Shown here: in pieces, positions 1 to 8,076 of the stretch | Position numbering within the stretch: position 1 is the stretch's first letter | Layout of the letters: each line of letters starts with the position of its first letter | Source: an uncultured Chloroflexia bacterium | GTDB lineage: Bacteria > Chloroflexota > UBA6077 > JACCZL01 | Direction: 5' to 3' | DNA length: 64,000 nucleotides | NCBI GenBank assembly: GCA_963765765.1 | Contig: CAVXYC010000001.1 | Span: 64,001-128,000, forward strand | Made by a program: the position numbers and the translations under genes | The notes under the pieces: model-generated | Database searches by the model: none | What the model saw: only the letters and a program-made list of their open reading frames with translations | What the model was told of the DNA's origin: nothing

Positions 1-201
1 TCGGATCAGCGCAATGTGATCCAGCTGCGGTTCCTGGAAGGTCTGAGCATCATCGAGACCGCGGCCGCGCTGGGAAAGACGGAAGAATCCGCGAAGAAGC
101 TCCAGGCGCGCGGCCTGATGGCGATGCGCCGCATCCTGGAGGGCCCCGCCCAGCGGCGCACCAGGATTGCGCCTACGCCAGTCCTAACCTTCGCCTCATA
201 A
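1..201 (+). CDS. ECF-type sigma-70 factor, C-terminal region 4 (5'-truncated by window edge)
   Basis: Frame open from base 1: DQRNVIQLRFLEGLSIIETAAALGKTEESAKKLQARGLMAMRR, a typical sigma region 4 helix-turn-helix. Confidence 0.85.
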   Translation, partial: SDQRNVIQLRFLEGLSIIETAAALGKTEESAKKLQARGLMAMRRILEGPAQRRTRIAPTPVLTFAS

Positions 202-215
202 AGCCAATTCTCATA

Positions 216-264
216 GACAACAAAAATCGGGGTGGCCGCTGCGGCCACCCCGATTTTTGTTGTC
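216..264. terminator. Bidirectional intrinsic terminator-like perfect inverted repeat
   Basis: GACAACAAAAATCGGGGTGGCCGC-T-GCGGCCACCCCGATTTTTGTTGTC between convergent genes, with A/T tracts on both sides. Confidence 0.85.
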
Positions 265-298
265 CTCGCTCGCCCGCGCGAAGGCGAGTTAGGCCGGG

Positions 299-478
299 CT
301 AGGCGTCCGCGCCATCCGGCGCTGCGCCTTCTGGCATGAACTTCACGCGCGACGCACCACAGCGTGGACAGGCGAACGGCAGCTGCGAGCTCTGGACGCG
401 CCACTGACAGGTCAGGCATCTCCACCAGGTAGTGGGGTCGCCGATGGTTGTCACGTAGGCGCCGGTCTTATCAGTCAT
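299..478 (-). CDS. Small rubredoxin-like / zinc-ribbon protein (59 aa)
   Basis: WRCLTCQW...PFACPRCGASRVKF with two CxxC motifs as in rubrerythrin C-terminal domains; AAGGAG SD upstream of ATG at 478. Confidence 0.75.
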   Translation of the reverse strand: MTDKTGAYVTTIGDPTTWWRCLTCQWRVQSSQLPFACPRCGASRVKFMPEGAAPDGADA

Positions 479-521
479 GCCAGTCTCCTTCTGCGGCGAT
501 TTTACAGCACAGTGAGCGGGG

Positions 522-833
522 CTAGTGGGCAGTGAGCCGCGGAGGATGACCAATGCCCAACTGCCCATTGCTCAGTCGGGACAACTTCCATCTAGTGAGC
601 GAGCCCGCGATCCTCTGGAAGAGCTGCGGGAGGCTCTCTGTCTTCTTAATGGGGAAGTACTTCTCACAGCCCGTCGTAGAAGAGGATGACACGCTTCTCA
701 GCGAGGAATCCACTGAGGACCTGGAACGCACAAGCGAGGAAACTTGAGTCGAGAGAGCAGCAAGTAGCGATAACGGGGCGCCAACACCATCTGAATCGCT
801 AGTACGAACAGCTGGAAAACTCGTGGCAATCAT
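522..833 (-). CDS. Ser-rich hypothetical upstream ORF ending GHPPRLTAH (possible leader peptide)
   Basis: ORF ends 43 nt before the rubredoxin-like gene; no recognisable domain. Confidence 0.4.
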   Translation of the reverse strand: MIATSFPAVRTSDSDGVGAPLSLLAALSTQVSSLVRSRSSVDSSLRSVSSSSTTGCEKYFPIKKTESLPQLFQRIAGSLTRWKLSRLSNGQLGIGHPPRLTAH

Positions 834-1092
834 GGCCAAACAGACATCCCCGCTGATCCGTAAAGGCCAGGCCCTTGTTGAAACAGCGCTCGCTATACCG
901 CGTCGCGTCTCAGTCCGTCTAGCCGAGTAAGTCTCGCCCCGCTCCGGATCCGGACGAAATCTAGGGCAGCTCGCAGCGGTAGGATAAGCTTGACTGACAC
1001 CGCGTACTGGAGTCGCGATGTGCTAGCAACCTTATTCGGATGGCCCTGGGCGTCCCAACTGTGGGTTGCGTGTCGTTGTAAATTGTGAGCCC

Positions 1093-1332
1093 ATGAATGT
1101 TATGACCCCCTTCGAAGACGCCCTCGCCATCGCACTCGACCGCTGCAGTCGTGGAGAGTCGGCCGAATCGGTTGCGGCTGACTTTCCAGAACACGATCTC
1201 CTTCCATATATACGCATCGCGGAGCGAATCCAGGGCACACCGTCTACCGAGTCCCTGCCCTCGTCTGAATGGATGCAGCGCTCACTTCAGCGTCTCCTGA
1301 CGCGCAAGTTCCAGATTCCGCCCGAGGACTAG
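1093..1332 (+). CDS. Small helical protein resembling the N-terminal (putative anti-sigma) domain of proteins that follow ECF sigma genes in Chloroflexota
   Basis: ALAIALDRCSRGESAESVAADFPEHDLLPYIRIAERI...PSSEW pattern; followed by a terminator hairpin. Confidence 0.55.
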   Translation: MNVMTPFEDALAIALDRCSRGESAESVAADFPEHDLLPYIRIAERIQGTPSTESLPSSEWMQRSLQRLLTRKFQIPPED

Positions 1333-1356
1333 CCCTCGAGCCTTTGATGCCTTATT

Positions 1357-1382
1357 AAAGGTGCCTTTCACGGGCGCCTTTT
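1357..1382 (+). terminator. Intrinsic terminator
   Basis: AAAGGTGCC-TTTCACG-GGCGCCTTTT hairpin with T-run, 25 nt after the stop at 1332. Confidence 0.6.
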
Positions 1383-1574
1383 GCGCCCCGCCGGTCGTTA
1401 TCGGAGAGACCCGCGGGACCCCACCCCAGCCCTCGCCGCGGCGTTCAGGGCGAACACCGGGGTGACCCCGTCTGAGACATATCAGTTCATTCGGTCTCAT
1501 CTTCCCAGCACTCTTCGTGGTCGTTCTGGGACCGACCGTTCCAAAGCTCTTCCAGTCACTGGGGTCGCGGTAAC

Positions 1575-1962
1575 GTGACTGAGCAGTTACATAGCACCTC
1601 GGACATCCCAGCGAAGGTCCGAGCCCCGCATGCAGTAAACGTCACTCGAGGCATCGTGCTGGCTGAACGGATTGAGCACGCACACTCATTTATCGGCAGA
1701 CTGAAAGGTCATCTGGGCCGCGCATCGCTGCCGATGGGCGAGGTATTGCTGATCTCACACTGTACGAGCGTTCATTGTATCGGCATGGCGTTCGCCATCG
1801 ACGTGGTGCAGCTGGATAAACATGGCCGTGTCAAGCGCGTGCTGGCAAACATGAATCCAGGTCGCATCGGGCCCTGGGTCCCTGGGTGGCGCGAGCGTGC
1901 TGGAGCTGCCAGCTGGGGCGACTGAAGGTACGCAAGTCGGTGATCTGATCGAGGTTGGTTGA
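1575..1962 (+). CDS. DUF192 family protein (one frameshift near 1885)
   Basis: AHSFIGRLKG..G, SVHCIGMAFAIDVV; a shifted frame continues GASVLELPAGATEGTQVGDLIEVG* to TGA at 1960-1962. Confidence 0.8.
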
Positions 1963-2001
1963 GCTCGGCCAGCTAGTTAACTCTCGCGCTCCGACCTCGA
2001 G

Positions 2002-3666
2002 CTAATCCTCAGTCTCCTCATCCATGTCAGGCAGCGGCTCTATCGTCGCATCGACGCGATAGACCCAGGCATACGGGCGTCCGTTCACTACGGCGGTGAA
2101 GTCGGGCGGCACAATCGCCATGAGCTGGACGATGGTCGGCGGTACGATAACGCGTTGCGCCATGTTGACGTACACGACAAAGTAGTTCACTGGCCTGGGA
2201 TCGGGGACTCGCACGGTCTCCCCCACGAACATCGGCCTCAGGGCATGGTGATAGTGCGTTTTGGCGACCAGCGACTCGGCGCCCGGTTGAGCGTTGAGAT
2301 AGTCTGCCACCTGGTCCAGCCCCTCGCCCCAACCCACCATAAGCACGCGTCGTGCACCGTCTTCCCCGCCCACCAGCGGGTTGTAGGCGGCGATCGGGTA
2401 CGGCTGGGCGTACCACAGGAGCAGAGCTTGAATGGCTATGGGGACGAATAGGAGTGCCGCGCGCATCCAGGCTGTTCGCATGCGCCCCGCGAGCCACCAT
2501 ATCCCGGCGCCCCCCAGAAGCGAGAACACCATGAGCGCTGGCAGGAGATACCGATCGAACTTCTTTGCGCCGAGGTTCATGAGGACAATGAAGAACACGA
2601 TGAAACCGGCCAGAGCCAGCAGGCTGTGTACGCGTAGTGGATTGCGGCTGTGCACAAAGAGCAGTACCAGGATCCCCACGAATGCCACCGGGCTCATGCG
2701 AAACACGAGGGCCAATGGATAAAACAGTATTCCTGGATCGCCGTTAGTGGGCCTCCCGAGGAAATAGTTTGGCCAGGTATGAGGGTTCCCGCCGACGTTC
2801 GCGGCGAATTCAATGACCTGTGGAATTCGCCGCGGCGCATCAACCCACATCGTTGGCCAGAACGCGAAGTACACCACAACGGAGAGCGCGCCGCATGCGA
2901 TCCACGGGAACAGCGAGCGCACACCGTGCCTCCATGGTTTCGTTGCGAGCAGGGCGATGACGGATAGGTAAACGGGGAGTGCTATGCCCGGCGCCTTCGT
3001 CAGTACGCTGAAGCCCATCAACAACGATGTCAGTAGCAAGTATTGGCGCTCTCGACCACGGAACCAGTAGACCAGACCGCTCAGCAGGGCCGCGAGCATC
3101 AAGGGTGAGAGCAGCGTATCTACATGCATGAGCTGGGCGCTGCCAACTTGATAAGGATCCAGGGCAATGAGCGCGCTACCCGTGATAGCCGGGCCCGCGC
3201 CCAGAAGGCGCCAGGCCAGCGCGGCCGCTCCCACCAGTAATAGCGCCGTCGTAATGGCCATCGCATGACGCGCGGCAATAAACGCGTCCAAGTAGCCGGG
3301 GGCCTTCTCGAGAATGGCGTAATTCGTGAATCGAACCGGTAGAAACTCTTCCAGCCGTTTCGGTCCGATGCCAAGAAGCCCAACCCACATCGTGGTGACG
3401 CCGGGGTGTCCGCTGCGATACGTTTGCGCGAGCTCACCGCGGGCGAGGGCCGCGCCAAAGCGGACCGAGCGCTGCATCCAGTACGCCTCGTCAGACGTGA
3501 TGGTCGGCCGCAGCTCAGTGAGGCGGGGCGCCAGCGCCAGACCGAGCAGAGCAGCGAGTACGATTGCACGCCATGCGCCGGCGGATATCTTGAGACCAGT
3601 CACGAGGACACTCAATAAATTATGAACGATCGGTCGCACTTGGATCGTGAGACGCAAAGAGGACAC
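2002..3666 (-). CDS. GT-C fold membrane glycosyltransferase (ArnT/PMT_2, GT39/GT83-like)
   Basis: Multi-TM; SDEAYW, GHPGV, LTKAPG, KKFDRYLLP and GWGEGL motifs. Confidence 0.85.
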   Translation of the reverse strand: MSSLRLTIQVRPIVHNLLSVLVTGLKISAGAWRAIVLAALLGLALAPRLTELRPTITSDEAYWMQRSVRFGAALARGELAQTYRSGHPGVTTMWVGLLGIGPKRLEEFLPVRFTNYAILEKAPGYLDAFIAARHAMAITTALLLVGAAALAWRLLGAGPAITGSALIALDPYQVGSAQLMHVDTLLSPLMLAALLSGLVYWFRGRERQYLLLTSLLMGFSVLTKAPGIALPVYLSVIALLATKPWRHGVRSLFPWIACGALSVVVYFAFWPTMWVDAPRRIPQVIEFAANVGGNPHTWPNYFLGRPTNGDPGILFYPLALVFRMSPVAFVGILVLLFVHSRNPLRVHSLLALAGFIVFFIVLMNLGAKKFDRYLLPALMVFSLLGGAGIWWLAGRMRTAWMRAALLFVPIAIQALLLWYAQPYPIAAYNPLVGGEDGARRVLMVGWGEGLDQVADYLNAQPGAESLVAKTHYHHALRPMFVGETVRVPDPRPVNYFVVYVNMAQRVIVPPTIVQLMAIVPPDFTAVVNGRPYAWVYRVDATIEPLPDMDEETED

Positions 3667-3709
3667 GGTCGATTCCGTGTCCTCTTAAGCTCAGGGAGAG
3701 CGTAAGAGC

Positions 3710-4147
3710 TCAGCTTCGGAGCTGGACATCCTTGCTACCATCGGCCACCCGATCGATCCGTACGACGACGGCCACGCCCTTGTTATCTGGATCACGGTCC
3801 AGCTCAGCCTGGACGGTGCGCGAGCGAACCGCCTCACGAATCTCACCGGTGGCGTAGAGCTCGGCCGTGCCAAAGAAGCGTCGCGCCCCCACGCCGCGAT
3901 CGCGGTTACGGTAGAACATCGCCGCGTGGGGGTTCTCTCGCAAGTTTTCCAACATGGTGCCATGAGCCCGCTCCCAGAACGCGAGATGGTCCTTATCCCA
4001 GACCATCGTGCTTCCCTTGGGCGCCAGGTCAGGGACGCCATCCTTACTTGCTGTCGCCCAAAGAGTCGGCGTGCCATCTCCAAACGCGTTTCCGATGGTG
4101 TCTTCGAAGGCCGTGAGGTCGATCGGTGCAGGGGTTTGATTGGTCAT
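3710..4147 (-). CDS. Pyridoxamine 5'-phosphate oxidase-like FMN-binding split-barrel protein
   Basis: ATASKDGVPDLAPKGS, TMLENLRENP; GAGGGAG SD before ATG 4147. Confidence 0.85.
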   Translation of the reverse strand: MTNQTPAPIDLTAFEDTIGNAFGDGTPTLWATASKDGVPDLAPKGSTMVWDKDHLAFWERAHGTMLENLRENPHAAMFYRNRDRGVGARRFFGTAELYATGEIREAVRSRTVQAELDRDPDNKGVAVVVRIDRVADGSKDVQLRS

Positions 4148-4307
4148 GACTCCCTCTTCAGGCGACTGCATTTCGGTCACATCACTATCAATCGACCATG
4201 ACGACGATGTCAACGCAGACAACACCAAGCTGGCGTCATAATGCCTCCGCCTACCAGGTTCCGCCCGATGAGCGAGAACGCGAACTGCCTGACGATACGA
4301 GGGAATC

Positions 4308-5276
4308 ATGCTCCGATCGGTCCTATATCGCGACGGGCGCGTCGCTGACGCAGGTGACTGCGACTCGGTACAAACCGCGCTCGAAGATACCGGCTCGCTG
4401 CTCTGGGTAGACATGTATGCGCCTGATGACAGTGACTATGCGGTGCTCCGAGACGATTTCCGCTTCCATCCCCTGGCATTGGAAGACGCGATGCGCGAGG
4501 ACCAGCGCGCGAAGGTCGATCAGTACGCGGGCTACAACCTTATCGTCCTGTTCGCTCTGAGTCTCGAACCCGACTCCGATCAGGTGAAACAGAAAGAGCT
4601 CACCCTCTTCGTGGGGCCGAATTTCGTTGTTACCGTCCATCAGGAGGCCATCCACTCCGTGGACGAGCTATGGACGCGTCTTCACCAGGAGCCCAGCATC
4701 ATTGCGCCTCACCCACTGAGTCTGCTGGTGTATCAGCTCGCCGACAGCCTGGTGGACGATTACTTTCCAATTGTTGACCTTTTCGATGACCGTCTGGCTG
4801 ACCTCGAGGAGCAGCTCTTCGACAGCCTTGGTCGCGTTACCCTGGCCCGGCTGTTCACGATGCGCAAGTCGCTCATTGCTATGCGTCGACTTACGAACCA
4901 GATGCGAGATGTATTCAATCTACTGAGCCGACGCGAACAGATTGTATTCCACGAGAACACGCTGCCGTATTACACCGACGTCTACGACCATCTATTGCGT
5001 GTCTCCGACACTCTAGAGCTCCAGCGTGACCTGCTCGCCGGCGCGCTAGAGACGTATCTCTCCATCCAGTCCAATGAGCTGAACCTCACCGTGCGGAAGC
5101 TCACGGCAGTCACGGTGATGGTCATGATCCCGACGCTCATTGCTGGCATCTACGGTATGAACTTCACGCACATGCCAGAACTGCAATCGGACTACGGTTA
5201 CCCGCTTGCTCTGGGAGTGATGGTCGCATCAAGCGTAGGTGTCTATTACTACTTGAAGCGCGTCGGCTGGTTCTGA
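4308..5276 (+). CDS. corA: Magnesium/cobalt transporter CorA
   Basis: FHPLALED, PTLIAGIYGMNF signature, MPEL loop and two C-terminal TM helices. Confidence 0.96.
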   Translation: MLRSVLYRDGRVADAGDCDSVQTALEDTGSLLWVDMYAPDDSDYAVLRDDFRFHPLALEDAMREDQRAKVDQYAGYNLIVLFALSLEPDSDQVKQKELTLFVGPNFVVTVHQEAIHSVDELWTRLHQEPSIIAPHPLSLLVYQLADSLVDDYFPIVDLFDDRLADLEEQLFDSLGRVTLARLFTMRKSLIAMRRLTNQMRDVFNLLSRREQIVFHENTLPYYTDVYDHLLRVSDTLELQRDLLAGALETYLSIQSNELNLTVRKLTAVTVMVMIPTLIAGIYGMNFTHMPELQSDYGYPLALGVMVASSVGVYYYLKRVGWF

Positions 5277-5302
5277 GCTCCAGCACGGATTCTCGGTTTT
5301 TC

Positions 5303-5331
5303 TTGACAGCCGCTGGAGTGCTCCTTAAGCT
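5303..5331 (+). promoter_or_regulatory. Sigma70-type promoter for the tandem solute-binding protein genes
   Basis: TTGACA (5303-5308), 17-nt spacer, TAAGCT (5326-5331); about 200-nt leader follows. Confidence 0.6.
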
Positions 5332-5532
5332 CACCAGCAGTTCATCCACAAGCAACCGCGGCATTGGCGGAGGATCCACACACTCGGCCGCCTCAACGAG
5401 AACATGAGAAGCGGCGGGCAAAGATTCAAGCAATCGCGACGGCCACTGGCCCGCGAGCTCCCTATCCCACGGTTTCCCTATCCGGGCAACGTTGCCCGCT
5501 GACGAGCCATCGCATCGATGCAGGAGGCCCGA

Positions 5533-6759
5533 ATGATCAACCGGATCTCGAGACGTGATTTCGTCCACTGGCTGGGTGTGGCCTCAACTGGCGCGTTGAT
5601 GGCTGCCTGTTCTGCGCCCACTCCGGCACAGCCGACAGCCGCACCTAAAGCCGCGGCTCCAGCGGCGCCCACGACGGCTCCTGGCGCTCCAGCGGCTGCC
5701 CCGACTCAGGCGCCGGCAGCCGCTGCCGCGCCAGCCGCCAAGGACCCTATGGCTGGCTGGGACGAGCTTGTCGCTAACGCCAAGAAGGAAGGCAAGGTTG
5801 TCGTAAACACGTTCCCCGGCTCGGGGTACCGACAAGCACTCACGCTCTTCGAGGAAAAGTACCCGGGCATCACCGTGGAGCACACCACCATGATCGCTCG
5901 TGAAATCGCTGTGAAGGCGCTGGGCGAGCAAAAAGCAGGCGTATTTTCATTTGACGTCACCCAGATTCCTGCCACCACGGCGCTTCAGATCATGCTTCCG
6001 GCGGGGGCCTGGGATCCGATGCCTCCGGCGCTTATCCATCCCGAGGTCACCGGTGACCAGTATTGGCGCGGCGGCTTCAAGCGTGGCTTCGTCGACTCAA
6101 CCGGAACGTACGGTTATCACTTTGGCTGGAACAAGTTCCAGGGCGTGTACATCAACACCGACCTTGCCAAGCCCGGTGAGATCACCTCAGGAAAGGATCT
6201 GCTTGATCCCAAATGGAAGGGCAAGATCGTCTTGATGGATCCGCGTTCGGGTGGTTTCACCGCGAACTGGGTCACTGCCGTCCGAAAGAAGGAGGGTGAC
6301 GACTATCTCAAAAAGCTCTTCGTGGACCAGGAGCCGGTCTTCACGCGCGATCAGCGTCAGGCCACCGAGATGATCATTCGCGGCGGAATGGCCGTGGCCA
6401 CGGGGCCCAATCATGCACTCCTGGATGACTTCAAGAATTCTGGCGTTGCGGTGAACGTCACAACCCAGACACTTTCCGATGCCACGTACATCCAGGGGGG
6501 GACCGTCTGGCTCTTTAAGAACGCACCCCATCCTAATGCCGCCAAGCTATTGCTCAACTGGATGCTCTCCAAAGAAGGCCAGGAGAGTTGGATGAAGCTA
6601 GCGCTCCAGGAGAACAGTCGCCGCACCGATGTCACGCCCTATGAGCCCGAGCGTATCCCAACGGAAGCAGAAGAAAAGTCACTCATCTTCTTTGATACGG
6701 AGGAGTGGGTGATCGAGGTGGACAAGACCCAGCAAATGTCAGCCGACATCCTGAAGTAG
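5533..6759 (+). CDS. ABC transporter substrate-binding lipoprotein (Fe3+/AfuA-like SBP family), TAT-exported
   Basis: SRRDFV twin-arginine motif, lipobox MAAC, Pro/Ala linker, DLLDPKWKGKI, APHPNAAKLLLNWMLSKEGQ. Confidence 0.9.
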   Translation: MINRISRRDFVHWLGVASTGALMAACSAPTPAQPTAAPKAAAPAAPTTAPGAPAAAPTQAPAAAAAPAAKDPMAGWDELVANAKKEGKVVVNTFPGSGYRQALTLFEEKYPGITVEHTTMIAREIAVKALGEQKAGVFSFDVTQIPATTALQIMLPAGAWDPMPPALIHPEVTGDQYWRGGFKRGFVDSTGTYGYHFGWNKFQGVYINTDLAKPGEITSGKDLLDPKWKGKIVLMDPRSGGFTANWVTAVRKKEGDDYLKKLFVDQEPVFTRDQRQATEMIIRGGMAVATGPNHALLDDFKNSGVAVNVTTQTLSDATYIQGGTVWLFKNAPHPNAAKLLLNWMLSKEGQESWMKLALQENSRRTDVTPYEPERIPTEAEEKSLIFFDTEEWVIEVDKTQQMSADILK

Positions 6760-6782
6760 GAGCTCGGCCACAGGAGGTCAAC

Positions 6783-8015
6783 ATGGCTCGTGCGTTAACA
6801 CGCCGCGAACTGATTCGTGTTCTCGGAGTCACCACTACCGGCTTGCTGGCGGCGGCCTGCGCCCCGGCGACCCCGCCGCAGCCCACGGCAGCGCCGAAGG
6901 TCGCGCCCCCAGCCGCAGCTCCAACGGCAGCACCCGCGGCGCCTGCCGCAGCAGCGGTCGAGCCCGCGGCGAAAGCGCCGGCGGCCGCCACAGGCGGCGA
7001 CTTCCAGGCGCAGTGGGACGCCGTGGTGGCGGGCGCCAAGAAGGAGGGTAAGCTCGTCATCAACACGTTCCCGGGCACTGGCTTTCGGCAATCGATCGCC
7101 GCTTTCGAGGAGAAGTACCCCGGCATCGCTATCGACCACACTACGATGATCCAGCGGGATCTGGCGGTTCGGGCCCTCCAGGAGCAGAAGGCCGGAATTT
7201 ACTCGTTTGACGTGGCGCAGGGTCCTCCGGGTACGGCAATGGGCGTCATGCTGCCTGCCGGCGCCTGGGACCCAATGCCTCCGGCCATCATCCACCCCGA
7301 AGTTACCGGCGACCAGTACTGGAAGGGCGGATTCAAGCGGGGATTCATCGACAAGACGGGGACGTACGGCTACCACTTCGGCTGGAACAAGTATCGCGGC
7401 GTGTACATCAACACGGACGAGGTGAAGCCCGGCGAAATCACCAGCACGCTGGATCTGCTAAATCCGAAGTGGAAGGGCAAGATTGTCTTGATGGATCCGC
7501 GCTCCGGTGGCTTCACCGCGAACTGGGTCTCGGCCGCGCGGCGCGCACATGGCGACGACTATCTACAAAAGCTGTTCATTGACCAGGAGCCGGTCTTCAC
7601 GCGTGATCAACGACAAGCCACGGAGATGCTCATTCGTGGTGGGTATGCCGTCGCCACGGGCCCCGACGAGGCGCTGCTCGACGATTTCAAGAACTCCGGC
7701 GTCACTGTGAACGTCTCGACGCAGCGTATGAGCGATGCCACCTATATCCAGGGCGGATCAGTGTGGCTCTTCAAGAACGCTCCAAACCCCAACGCGGCCA
7801 AGCTTTTTATCAACTGGCTGCTCAGTAAGGAGGGTCAGGCGCTCTGGTGCGAGAAAGCAACGCAGGAGAACAGTCGCCGCGCAGACGTGCCGGTCTTCTA
7901 TCCTGATGCCTACCCTACGGACGAGGAGACTAATACGCTCATTTTCTTCGACTCTGAAGATTGGAATGCCCAGGCGCAAGAAGTTCAGCAGATGGCGACG
8001 CAACTGCTGAAATAG
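6783..8015 (+). CDS. ABC transporter substrate-binding lipoprotein, tandem paralog of 5533-6759
   Basis: TRRELI, lipobox AAAC, long stretches identical to the preceding protein; AGGAGG SD. Confidence 0.9.
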   Translation: MARALTRRELIRVLGVTTTGLLAAACAPATPPQPTAAPKVAPPAAAPTAAPAAPAAAAVEPAAKAPAAATGGDFQAQWDAVVAGAKKEGKLVINTFPGTGFRQSIAAFEEKYPGIAIDHTTMIQRDLAVRALQEQKAGIYSFDVAQGPPGTAMGVMLPAGAWDPMPPAIIHPEVTGDQYWKGGFKRGFIDKTGTYGYHFGWNKYRGVYINTDEVKPGEITSTLDLLNPKWKGKIVLMDPRSGGFTANWVSAARRAHGDDYLQKLFIDQEPVFTRDQRQATEMLIRGGYAVATGPDEALLDDFKNSGVTVNVSTQRMSDATYIQGGSVWLFKNAPNPNAAKLFINWLLSKEGQALWCEKATQENSRRADVPVFYPDAYPTDEETNTLIFFDSEDWNAQAQEVQQMATQLLK

Positions 8016-8019
8016 AGTA

Positions 8020-8067
8020 ATGAGTCATGAGTCGGGTTGCTTTATACGGCACCCTCTCATGACTCAT
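8020..8067. terminator. Inverted-repeat hairpin between convergent genes
   Basis: ATGAGTCATGAG (8020-8031) / CTCATGACTCAT (8056-8067), perfect 12 bp. Confidence 0.6.
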
Positions 8068-8076
8068 CACACATCA

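Noticed and set aside
1400-1572. TPP, glycine or SAM riboswitch upstream of the DUF192 gene (GGGGTG..CTGAGA, GGAGAGAC, several stems)
   Set aside because: Downstream conserved cores (TPP ACCTGAT/GCGNAGG, glycine CTCTCAGG, SAM GCAACC) are missing; stems may be chance in GC-rich DNA
5620-5740. Ala/Pro-rich repeats in SBP genes as DNA repeat elements
   Set aside because: They are ordinary low-complexity lipoprotein linkers
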